From NCBI GenBank assembly GCA_016872175.1, contig VHBA01000007.1, positions 48 through 64,047 of the forward strand: a stretch of DNA of 64,000 nt. The letters are read 5' to 3'. Shown here piece by piece: positions 8,880 to 21,000 of this stretch (the first letter of the stretch is position 1; each line of letters starts with the position of its first letter). The position numbers and the translations under genes are program-made. The notes under the pieces are model-generated. The model was not told the DNA's origin and made no database searches. It saw nothing but the letters and a program-made list of their open reading frames with translations. Source of the DNA: Sphingomonadales bacterium. GTDB lineage: Bacteria; Bacteroidota; Bacteroidia; NS11-12g; UBA955.

Positions 8880-8896
8880 TTTATGGTGAATTAATT

Positions 8897-8925
8897 TATG
8901 TCTATATCGTTTTTATATAGACATA
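8897..8925. terminator. AT-rich 11-bp perfect inverted repeat, either a terminator hairpin or an operator
   Basis: TATGTCTATAT, loop cgttttt, ATATAGACATA. It starts 18 nt after the stop at 8879 and about 125 nt upstream of the giant gene. Confidence 0.4.
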
Positions 8926-8991
8926 TATCATATAAAATGTAGTTTGTTTATTTATTTGTTGCTAAAAATGTAGATAAAACGACATATTTGC

Positions 8992-8999
8992 TATATTTG
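8992..8999 (+). promoter_or_regulatory. Bacteroidota -7 promoter box (TAnnTTTG) for the giant adhesin gene
   Basis: TATATTTG lies 52 nt upstream of ATG 9051. A near-copy CATATTTG is at 8983-8990. Confidence 0.35.
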
Positions 9000-9050
9000 C
9001 GTTGAATTTTTGAACATACTAATTTTAAAGTGCTTATCAATAATTTACCT

Positions 9051-12000
9051 ATGAGGGCTGTTTTTCGTTTTATAATTTTAGTGATTATATTTCTGGCTAG
9101 TGATGTAAAAGGCCAGTCTCTTGGCTTCCTGCCAAACAAGGGCCAAGTTTATGATCAAGATGGCAAGGCCAACAAAAGTGTTAAATTTCTCTACAGGGAT
9201 GGTCCTTTGCAATTTCAGCTGAGAGACAAAGGATTTAGCTATGAGATTTTCAGAAAAAATGCCGGCACAGAAAACAACTGGGATATTACCCGTTTGGATC
9301 TGTCCATGAAATATGTTGGTTCCTCTGAACCTCTTCAATTTGACTGGCAGGGAGAGAATGAACTGGAGGACGTGAGCCATTATTATAATCACCTGGGCCG
9401 GTTTGAAAACTTGAAACGGGCTCGCAAGGTTACGGGTACGAGCAAAGACAAAAATGTAAAGTTGGTGTTTGAAGTGAGTGCCGATGGCAAGGTGAAGTAC
9501 GATATTTGGGTGAAGCCATCTGTGGCTCAAATGATCAGGATTGGCGGCCACGAGCAAAGTCGTTTGCTCGCCTCGGACAGGCCGGATAAGGTATCCTTCA
9601 TCTTTTTTGACGATACCATTATGGAAAACATTCCCAAAGTGGCATTGATGCGTAAGGGTGCTGAGGAGGTTGTAGCCAATGCCGGATGGGCGCAGGCCGA
9701 AAATGAACAAACATTAAAAATAGTGCTTCCGGAAGGAACTTCCTGGAGGGATGCAGATTGGGTGGTGATCGATCCATTGCCGACCCTAAGATGGGCCACT
9801 TATTACGGTGGTAGCAGTAATGATCAGGGATATGGAACGGCATCTTGTCAGGATGGGAATGTTGTTTTTTGTGGAAAAACGGCATCAAATTCAAATATTG
9901 CCTCTTCTGGTGCGCACAAGAACTTTGCCAGTGGTAGTGATGATGCTTTTTTAGTTAAAATGAAAAGATCAGGGGGCTCAACTCAAAGAGTTTGGGGGAC
10001 TTACTTTGGTGGTAAAGACGGAGACGTAGCCAATGATGTTTCTACTGATAAGTTTAATAATATCATTATCGCTGGAACTACTAGCTCTACAGGTCTTGGA
10101 TTCAAAGCAAATTATGATTCTACCCATAATGGCTCAAAAGATGTATTCATCGCAAAATTTACTGATTCCGGGAAATTGGTATGGTCTAACTATTTGGGTG
10201 GTGCCTCCGATGATGAGGGCTTGGGTGTGGTATTGGATTCTAGTCAGAATGTTGTGGTGGTTGGGAAGACTGGTTCCTCGGGCTTGTCATCCAGGTTAAA
10301 TCCAAGTTCCTACACCATTCACCAGGCGTCCATCTCTCTAAACGGAGATGGTCTTATTGGTAAGTTTGATAAAGATGGGAAGCGCCTGTTCATTACATAC
10401 TACGGAGGAACAAATGCTGATGAGATAAAGGGAATACATACTGGTGCAAAAGACACAATAGTGGTAGTGGGTACAACAAGTTCTTCAACAGGTATCGCAA
10501 CAACCGGTAGTTTTTCAAGAAGATCGGATGCGTTTATTGCAAAATTTGATGCAAATGGATTGCGGATATTGTCAAAATATTTTGGTGATACTGCAGATGA
10601 TTACGGTTATAATGTAAAGTATAAAAATGGAAGTTACTTTATGGTCGGCAAAACCAATTCCGACGCGGGTATCGCTAAGAATGGGCATCAGTCTAAATTA
10701 AATGCAATTAGTACTTATTCATCAAGCACAGATGGTTTTTTGGTAAAGTTCGATGCCCGGTTTAACATATTATGGGGGACATATTATGGTGGTGATTTAA
10801 AGGATGACGCAATGTCATTGGAGATTGATGATTTTGACTATATTTATATATGTGGCACTGCAGAATCTGATAATTCTACCACTGGCTATAATAATATAAT
10901 CGCGACGGCAGATGCTCAATCCATCTATAATTCAGGTGGTTCAGATGCATATGTAGCTAAATTTTCAAGCGCTGGAAAACGAATTTGGGGGACTTATTTT
11001 GGCGGTACTAGCAATGAGCTCGGTAGTGATTTGTCACATGGTCGTTTTGGTGATGTTTATTTCGTTGGTGAGACAAGTTCAAGTAGAAATATAGTAGTCA
11101 ATGCATACCAATCCTCTTATGGAACTGCAACTGATGCGTATTTTGCTGATTTATATTATTGTAAAAAATTCGCAATCCTTAGGAAAGATACCGTATGTTT
11201 AAATGATACATTTTCCATTAAATTCACCGACTCCGCCCACAAGAATAACTGGAATTTAACATTTAAAAAATATAAGTTTTTATGGACTGGTCCCAATAAT
11301 TTCATGGCAGCCGGCAACAAGCCCTTTGCCCTCCAGACTGCCAGGCGTAAGGCCCTGTGGAAAGATACGGGTATATATCAGCTCATAGTTACGGATTCAT
11401 TCGGTTGCAAGGATACTGCCAAAATACGCGTAAATTACTTTTATCCTTTACCGGTTGATTCTTTTAAAAGTGCCAAAGATTACTGTAAGTGGGATACCTT
11501 GAAATTTAAAGCCACAGCTGGTCCCTGGGGTATATCCAACTATCAGTTTTATTGGCGAAGCATTGACAATGTATTTAAATCAGGTGATAATAAAGATACC
11601 TTAAGATATCCTGCATTAAAAGGGAAGAGTGATGGTAAATACATACTTAGAATCAAAGATCATCTTGGTTGTACGACTTTGGATACATTTAATGTTAATG
11701 TAGGTCCGACGGCCCAATTGACTTCAAATTCGCCGATTTGTCCCAAGGATACCATAGAACTCGCTGCCAAAGGAATTCGTCTGAAAAAAGTAGTATGGAA
11801 AGGGCCCAATAACTATTTGGATAGTGGTATTTCAGTTAAAATTCTCAATGCAGATAAGGCAAAAATGGGTAAGTATACTGCTATTGTAACCGATAGCAGT
11901 GGATGTAAAGATACATTTTATATAACTACCGTTCTTTTTCAGCTTGATTCTCTGACCATCACCAGGAATGATCCTATTTGTTCTGGTGATGAGCTAAAAA

Positions 12001-15000
12001 TATCGGCGTCAATGCGTTCACTCACCAGCAAATTTGGATTTACCTGGAGTGGGCCAAATTCTTTTAGTACGACTAACAGAACATTTTCCATTACCGGTGC
12101 TACTGCGGTAAATGCTGGCTCTTATAAGCTTGAAATAACCGAGAATGTAAGTAAGTGTAAGATTGACACCTCCTTGTTGGTAACAATTCGTCCTTTACCA
12201 TACCCTCACATTCAAACAAATGCTCCCGTTTGTGAAGGAAATAAATTTACCATTAGAAGTTATCCCAAGGGCGGTGCAGGCTCTGGTTATCGTTTCACAT
12301 GGACAACCCCTAAAAATACTACCAGCACTGATACAGGGTTGATTATCAATCCTGTAACGCGGGCAGACTCTGGCCTGTACCGCCTGAAATTGCAGGATGT
12401 TTATGGTTGCACCAAGGATACATCTGTAGTGTTTGCCCTAAAAATGCTTCCGGATGTCAATTTTACGCCAAATAGAGACTCTCAGTGTTCGAAGAACAGT
12501 ACCTTTACATTTACCAATAGGACCATTCTTACCTCTGGTTCTTTCAATGCATTCACTTGGAAGACCCAGGGATATGCAGATACAGTGCTGACCAATAAAA
12601 ACGCCATCAGCAGAAAGTACACATCAGTAGGCAAATACAAAGTAACTCTCATTGCCAAGAGCAATGATGGTTGTATTGACTCATTAACCAAATATGTAGG
12701 CGTTTATCCGGAGCCTACCCTTGCATGGGATATTGTTTCCAGTGATACCCAATGTTTAAAGCGCAATTCTTTTGAATTCGATGATAAAAGTACCATCAGC
12801 AAAGGTACGCTAACCAGATACTGGACCTTCGGAGACGGAGGTAAATCCAGTGCAGATCCTGCAAAATATAGCTACACCACGGCCGGTGATTTTACAGTAA
12901 AACTGAAGGTGATGAGTGGGTTTGGCTGCAGCGATTCTTCCACGAAAAAGGTTAGGGTAAACGACAATCCCAAAGCAGCGATTTCCGTAAATAATTCAAC
13001 CCAGTGTTTAAATGGAAATCGCTTCATTTTTACCGATATTTCCACGATTTCAGCAGGGTGGAAGCTGAATGGCAGAAAATGGAATTTGGGATCCGGTTTT
13101 GCAGATACAACCAAGAAAGACACAACCTCATTTGGAAGCGCCGGGAATTATACTGTTTCATTGGCGGTAATATCAGCGGACGGATGCACAGATACTGCGA
13201 AAACCATTGTAACGGTGCAGAGCACTCCAACAGCCGGTGCCATCGCTTCTGATCAGACCATTTGTAACGGCGGAAACCCTGTGGCCTTCACCAGCACAAC
13301 AGCCGGCAGCGGCTCGGGTACGATTACCTACCGCTGGGAATCCAGCACAAACAGCGGCGGAACCTGGTCCCCCGTATCCGGTGCCACCGGTGCTACGTAT
13401 GATGTGCCTGCAGGACTTACCACTACCACCCAATACCGAAGAATCACCATTTCGACGCAGAATTCGGTTCCCTGTGAATCAGTGGCTACCACCCCTGTAA
13501 CGGTTAACGTTCAAAGTGCAGTAACCGCGGGAGTGATTGCTTCAAGCCAGACCATTTGTAACGGTGGCGATCCGGTTGCATTCACCAGCACAACCGCCGG
13601 CAGTGGCTCAGGTACCATCACTTACCGATGGGAGTCGAGCACCAACGGCACAACATGGACTACCATTTCGGGAGCAACATCGGATGTTTATGATGTACCG
13701 GCAGGCCTCACCACCACCACCCAATACCGCAGAATCACCATTTCGACACTGAATGGTGTACCCTGCCAATCAGGGGCTGCCAGTCCTGTAACAGTTACTG
13801 TACAAAATAGAGTAACCGCGGGCACCATCGGATCAAGCCAGACCATCTGTGAAGGCGGAAACCCTGCGGCCTTTACCAGCACAACAAGCGGCACGGGCTC
13901 GGGCACCATCACCTATCGCTGGGAGGCAAGCACGAACAGCGGTGCAACATGGTCTCCCATAGCAGGTGCCACAACAAGTACCTATGATGTACCCGCAGGC
14001 CTTACCACCTCAACACAATACCGACGCATAACCATTGCAACACTGAATGGGGTTCCCTGTGAATCAGTGGCCACCGGTATTGTAACGGTAACTGTACAAA
14101 GTGCAGTAACAGCGGGGGCAATAGGTTCTGACCAGACCATTTGTAACGGCGGAAACCCTGTGGCCTTTACCAGCATAACAGCAGGCAGCGGCTCGGGTGC
14201 GATCGCTTATCGCTGGGAAGCAAGTACCAATAGTGGTGCATCATGGACCACGGTAACCGGCGCCACCGGAGCCACGTATGATGTACCGGCAGGATTGACA
14301 ACCACCACCCAATACCGACGAATTGCCATATCTACCCTGAATGGGGTTCCCTGCGAATCAGTGGCCACCACTCCTGTAACGGTTACCGTGCAAAGTGCAG
14401 TAACCGCAGGTGCTATCGGATCTAGCCAGACCATTTGTAATGGTGGCGACCCCGTGGCATTTACCAGCACCACAGCAGGCAATGGCTCGGGTACCATCAC
14501 CTACCGCTGGGAGTCTAGCACAAACGGTGGCGCTACCTGGACTACTGTTTCCGGGGCTACTGCAGATATTTATGATGTACCTGCTGGCCTCACAACGACA
14601 ACTCTTTATCGAAGGGTTACCATTTCCACACTCAACTCAGTTCCCTGCGAATCTGCAACCACAGCCATAACGGTAACTGTTCAAAGCACGGTAACTGCAG
14701 GTGCCATAGGTTCTGATCAGACAATCTGTTATGGAGGAAATCCTGTGGCATTCACCAGCACAACAAACGGCTCGGGCTCGGGCACTATCACCTACCGGTG
14801 GGAGTCTAGCACAAACGGTGGCTCTACCTGGACTACCGTAACCGGTGCCACAGCAGCTACCTACGATGTTCCTGCCGGCCTTACAACCACAACACAATAC
14901 CGGCGAATCACCATTTCAACACAGAACTCGGTAGCGTGCGAATCAGGTGCTACTTCTACAGTAACCGTAACAGTGCAGGGCTCAGCCACGGCGGGTGCCA

Positions 15001-18000
15001 TCGGTTCTGATCAAACAATCTGTAACGGTGGAAACCCTGCTGCATTTACGAATTTAACGTTAGGCAGTGGTTCAGGTACGATTACCTATCGCTGGGAGTC
15101 AAGCACAAATGGGGGCACAACATGGTCCTCAATTTCCGGAGCCACAGACACTATTTATGATGTACCGGCTGGCCTCACAACGACAACCCGTTACCGACGA
15201 ATCACCATTTCTACGCTGAATTCGATCCCTTGTGAAACCCCTACCTCAGCCGTTATTGTGACGGTTCAGAGCACCGTTACTGCAGGTGCAATCAGTTCAA
15301 ATCAGACCATTTGCGACGGCGGAAACCCTGCGGCATTCACCAGCACAACAAATGGTACTGGCTCAGGCACTATCACCTATCGCTGGGAAGCTAGCACAAA
15401 CGGTGGCTCTACCTGGACTACCATAACCGGTGCCACAGCAGCTACCTACGATGTTCCTGCCGGCCTCACAACGACAACACAATACCGTCGAATCACCATT
15501 TCAACCCTGAACTCGGTGGCGTGCGAATCAACAGGCACTTCATCAATAACGGTAACCGTGCAAACGGTGCCAACCATTGGAGCTATTAGTTCTGATCAAA
15601 CAATCTGTAATGGTGGCGACCCTGTGGCATTCACCAGCACAACAAACGGCTCGGGCTCAGGAACCATTACCTATCGCTGGGAAGCTAGCACAAATGGTGG
15701 CGCTACCTGGACTACCATAACCGGTGCCACAGCAGCTACCTACGATGTTCCTGCCGGCCTTACAACCACAACACAATACCGTCGAATCACCATTTCAACA
15801 CAGAACTCGGTAGCGTGCGAATCAGGTGCCACTTCTGCAATAACAGTTACCGTTCAAAGTGCAGTGACAGCGGGTGCCATCGGTTCAAACCAGACCATTT
15901 GTAACGGTGGCGATCCTGTGGCCTTTACCAGCACAACAGCAGGCAGTGGTTCCGGAACCATCACCTACCGATGGGAGTCTAGCACAAACGGTGGCGCTAC
16001 CTGGACTACTGTTTCCGGGGCTACTGCAGATATTTATGATGTACCTGCTGGCCTCACAACGACAACTCTTTATCGAAGAATTACAGTTTCGACAGTAAAT
16101 GCCGTTACTTGTGAATCAGTATCAACAGCAGCAGTAACTGTAACCGTAAGAAACTCACCCACAGCCGGAGTTATTGCATCTGATCAGACTATCTGTAACG
16201 GGGGCGATCCTGCTGCATTTACCAGCACAACTGCAGGTACAGGCGATGGTACCATAACCTATCGTTGGGAATCAAGCACCAATGCTGGTGCTACATGGTC
16301 GGTCATATCAGGAGTTACCGGCTCAACTTATGATGTGCCTGCGGGTCTGACCGTAACTTCCCAATACCGCAGAATAACACTTTCTACGCTGAGTTCATTA
16401 ACCTGTGAGTCTAATGCTTCAAAAGCCTTAACCGTGACTGTTCAGGGAGTACCAACAGCAGGTGCTGTAGGGAGCGATCAGACCATATGCAGCGGCGACG
16501 ACCCTGTAGCCTTCACCAATACTGCATCAGGCACAGGCGATGGTACAATATCATACCGCTGGGAATCAAGTACGAACGGTGGTTTAACCTGGTCTACCAT
16601 AACTGGAGCCACCTCAGCTACCTATGATGTTCCTGCAGGATTGACCGCAACTTCACAGTATAGGAGAATAACGTTATCAACCCTAAATTCTGTAGTTTGT
16701 GAAGCAACGGCAACCTCCGCAATTAACATTAAAGTTAATCCTTTGCCAACAGCCACAGCATTCAGCAACAGTCCGGTCTGCACAAAAGGTAAACTATCAT
16801 TGCGTTCCAATGGTGGAAATACTTATGAATGGTTTGGTCCCAATGGATATACCTCTAAACAGCAGAATAATATTATATATAATGTAGATTCTAATTATCT
16901 CGGGGATTATACAGTTTGGGTTACTGATGTCAATAAATGTAAAGATGACTTTACAATAAAGGTAGATATTAAACCTGGATTCAGGGTTACGGCCAAAACC
17001 AATTCACCGGTTTGTACTTACGATACGCTTAAGTTATTTGGTGATATAAATAGTTACAGCAAAAGTACCTACAGTTATGAATGGGTAGCCAAAAGCTTTT
17101 ATTCAACCAAACAAAATCCTGTCATTGATCAGGTAGATTCTTCAAGAGACGGTACATATCGGTTTATAGCCATTAGTGCAAATGGATGCACAGATACAGC
17201 CATGGTTACACCAACAATTCTAAGACCACCATTGATTAAGTTTGTTACCAATTCTCCGGAATGTGTCGGTCAGAAAGCAGTACTGTTTAATGCCTTTAAA
17301 TCTTCAATATCCAGCACGTGGAGAAAACCTAACGGAACAACCATTATTGCTGATACGGTAAAAATACCATCCTTGAAACTTAGTGATGACGGCTATTACC
17401 GCTTGACCATAAAAGACAAACGTGGCTGCAGAAATCAGGACTCCATTAAATATAAAGTAAATACTTTGCCTGAAATTAGCGTTACCGGAGATTCCCAACT
17501 ATGCACAGGCAGCACGATGAAATTAAGTGTTACAGGTACAGGTACTCTTAATTATAAATGGACAGGTCCCAATGGATTTATCAGTTTCTTATCAAAACCC
17601 ACCAAGACAGGGGTTACTATGCCGGATTCAGGACTGTACATGGTAATTGGCACAGATGCTAATCAATGCAGAGATACTGCCAAATGGAATGTCAAAATTA
17701 ATCCTGCAATCCCAGGTTTGAAAATATATGGGGACAGCCAGGTTTGCTTATGGGAAAAACTCACACTAAGTACCATTGCCAATACAAAAAACTTCCGTTA
17801 TAAATGGCGCACACCAAATAATGAGGTATACTACACGGCCAAACTATTGATTCCTCTTAATAAATATAGCTATGAAGGTGTTTATAGTGTGACCGTTTCA
17901 GACAGCAACTATTACTGCAAAGATTCAACTACGGATTATGTATGGGTAGGACCAAGGCCGATGAGCAGCTCTTCTAACAGCCCTATTTGCGCAGGTGACA

Positions 18001-21000
18001 GTTTAAAGTTGAATGCTTATGGAAATTCACGCTGGAAATGGCAATGGACAGGTCCTCAAGGCTTTAGCAGTACTTCTACCAATCCCAAATTGTCATATGT
18101 CAGTGCATTGTATGCAGGTAATTATACGCTAATTGGCAAAGACACATTAGGCTGTTCGGATACCCTGACCGAGAATGTGAAGATTAATGATTGCCTGGTT
18201 ATAGAATTGTTTTCAGACAGTGTTAAATGCAAAGGTAATTCCAGCGGATTAGCAAGAGTTGTAGCAAAAGGCGGCTCAGGTTCTTATCAATATAAATGGC
18301 TGACATCCCCCGTCCGTTTTGATGATACACTGAGAAATGTGCCCAAAGGAACTTACACGGTAGTAGTTACAGACTTAAAAACAGGTATCGTTAGAATTGA
18401 TTCAATTAAAGTAAATGAACCAGCTGCTGCATTAAGCACTTCCATTACAATTGATTCACTGATTTGCAGGGATTCAAGTAATGCCAAACTCATATGTAAG
18501 GTAACAGGAGGAACTGCTCCATATTATTACAAATGGAATGGAAACAGTTTATTAAACGGTAGCACACTTTTGAAAGTAGGTTCAGGCACCCACTCTGTGG
18601 TAATTACTGACAGCCGCGGCTGTTCTGAAACCAGCAGTGTAGTAGTCGTTAATCCGAAAAGATGGACAATAGGCATCAGCAGAACCAATGTTCTCTGTGC
18701 AGGTGGCAATACCGGCTCAGCATTGGTTATTGTTTCCGGTGGGAAACCCGCTTATTTCTACCAATGGGATACGGTAACCTGGGCTTCTAAGAGCAAAGCA
18801 ATAGGTTCAACATATAAAAATCTAAAAACGGGTATATATAAAGTTTTAATCACCGATGCCAATAAGTGCCAGCAAACGGATACTGTGATGATTGCACAGC
18901 CCGACAGCCTGAAGGTATCATTTAAAATAGACAGCTATATACGCTGTTTCGGTGACACTTCCGGACAGATTACAGCTACTGCCAAAGGTGGTGTTTCTTC
19001 CTATACATACTTATGGAATTTCAATAAGAAGTATACGGATAAAACAGCGAAAAATATCACAGCGGGTTGGTATGTATTACAATTACGAGATGGAAATAAC
19101 TGCCTGAAAAAAGACAGCATTTTCCTCGCACAACCCGATGATATAAAAACCAAGATTTCGATTTTGTCTCACTTAAAATGCTATAAAGACAAGAGCGGGG
19201 CAGCAGAGGTTGATATCAAAGGCGGTGTGGCTCCATACTATGTTAAATGGGATAATGGCGGCTATACAGCTCAGGGGGTCTCTAAAAACTACATGGATGC
19301 GGGAACCCATTGGGTTTATGTACGCGATTTTCAGGGATGCTATGATACCCTAAAATTAACCTTAAATCAGCCTGATTCTATTTATACGTTGTTCAAGAGC
19401 AGGCAAAATATACTATGTTACAATGGCAATTCGGGTTGGGCAGAATTTGAACTTGCAGGTGGTACTGCGCCATTCAAGTACCTTTGGGAAAATGGAGATA
19501 GTACGAAAAGATCTGTAAAACTGCAGGCTACCAGCTACTGGATGCGAGCACAGGATGCCAACGGGTGCAAGTATTCCGACACTATACAATTGACACAACC
19601 ACCGGAACTGGATGTCTTTGTTAAAAAGATGGATAGCGTAACTTGCTATGGCCTCAGCGATGGCCGCATTGAACTATCAGCCGTTGGCGGAAAGCAACCC
19701 TGTGGATTCTGGTTTTATACAGGCAAAGATACCGTCAAGGGTGCGGTTTTGTCTGGGGTATCAGCTCGACAGTTCCCGGCTAAATATGATGGTTATGTTC
19801 GCGATGCAAACGGTTGTATAGATTATACACCTGTTTATATCAAAGAGCCGGCAAAATTGCAGGTTGTTAGAAACGGCCAAACAGATTTGATCTGCTACGG
19901 AGCTTCGACTGCCAGTATTTTCGTTGGCCCCGCTGGTGGAAATGGTGGCTACACTTACAGCTGGAATTCTTTCCCGAAACAATATGCTCCAACCGCGGTA
20001 AAACTTAAGGCAGGGACTTATATCGTTACGCTGAAAGATTATAAAGGCTGCAAAGCTTTTGATACATTTATAATTAAACAACCTACAAAGAATCCTGTAA
20101 TTACCAAATCTATTGTTCCATTCTGTTTAAATAATACCATTTCTCTTACAGCATATCAGTATGGTGTTGATTCTGTTTGGTGGTTCAATCCGGCAGGAAA
20201 CAAAATCAGTAGCAGCTATCCTGTTTACACCAAAACACCCGCAATTTTTAACGATTCCGGTCGCTATACACTACTTGCCAAAGATAAACAGGGTTGTTAT
20301 GATACTACTTATACACGTTTGGTAATAAACAAACTTCCTAATGTAATAGCCAGTATACAGGAAAACCCACCACACTGCAAAAGCGATACGGTTATGTTAA
20401 AAGCAGTTGGAGCTGTAAATTACCAATGGAATGGACCTAATGGTTTTATTTCATTTATTCAAAATCCAATTATTAATGGAATCTCCTTCCCTATGGATGG
20501 TTGGTACCATGTTCTGGGAACAGATGCCAATACATGCCAATGGAGAGATAGTGTCAGATTAAACATTGAAAACAACATCAACATTGGAAATGATCAGATG
20601 ATCTGTGCAGGAGCTAATTTGGTACTTTCAGGATTTGGTGCAGAGAAATACCGGTGGTCCGGACCACATAAATTCAGTAGTACCCTTCAGAGTCCAATCC
20701 TAATAAATGTGGATGACTCAATGTCAGGTAAATTTACGTTGTATGCCATCGATAAATACGGCTGCAAAGATACCTTAAATACCCTAGTTCTAATTTATCC
20801 CAGACCGTTTATAAAGGCTTCTGCCATTGTACCAGTATGTGCTGGCGAACCCCTTAATTTATTTTCAAAAGGCGGTGGAAATTATAAGTATATCTGGAAA
20901 GGTCCACAAGGGTTTACTTCAACTTTAGCAAATCCAGTTTTAATGACATCAATCTCAACACAATCAGGTAAATATGTTTTAAATGCCTCCTACCAGGCAG

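Noticed and set aside
8948-9139. A 63-aa minus-strand ORF overlapping the promoter and start of the giant gene.
   Set aside because: It lies in AT-rich promoter DNA, overlaps the giant gene's signal-peptide codons and has no recognisable features.
13173-16098. Multiple 60-100 aa ORFs on both strands inside the 12-unit array, for example 13173-13433(-), 13237-13500(+), 14207-14500(-), 14637-14897(-) and 15874-16098(+).
   Set aside because: They are out-of-frame or antisense readings of the same repeated DNA, which is why they resemble one another. They are fully contained in the uninterrupted 4,180-codon ORF and lack independent signals.
13230-16748. Could the regular repeat array of about 291 bp be a CRISPR-like or other non-coding repeat locus?
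   Set aside because: The units are contiguous with no unique spacers. They are far longer than CRISPR repeats, stay in frame within one ORF and encode a conserved two-Cys domain.
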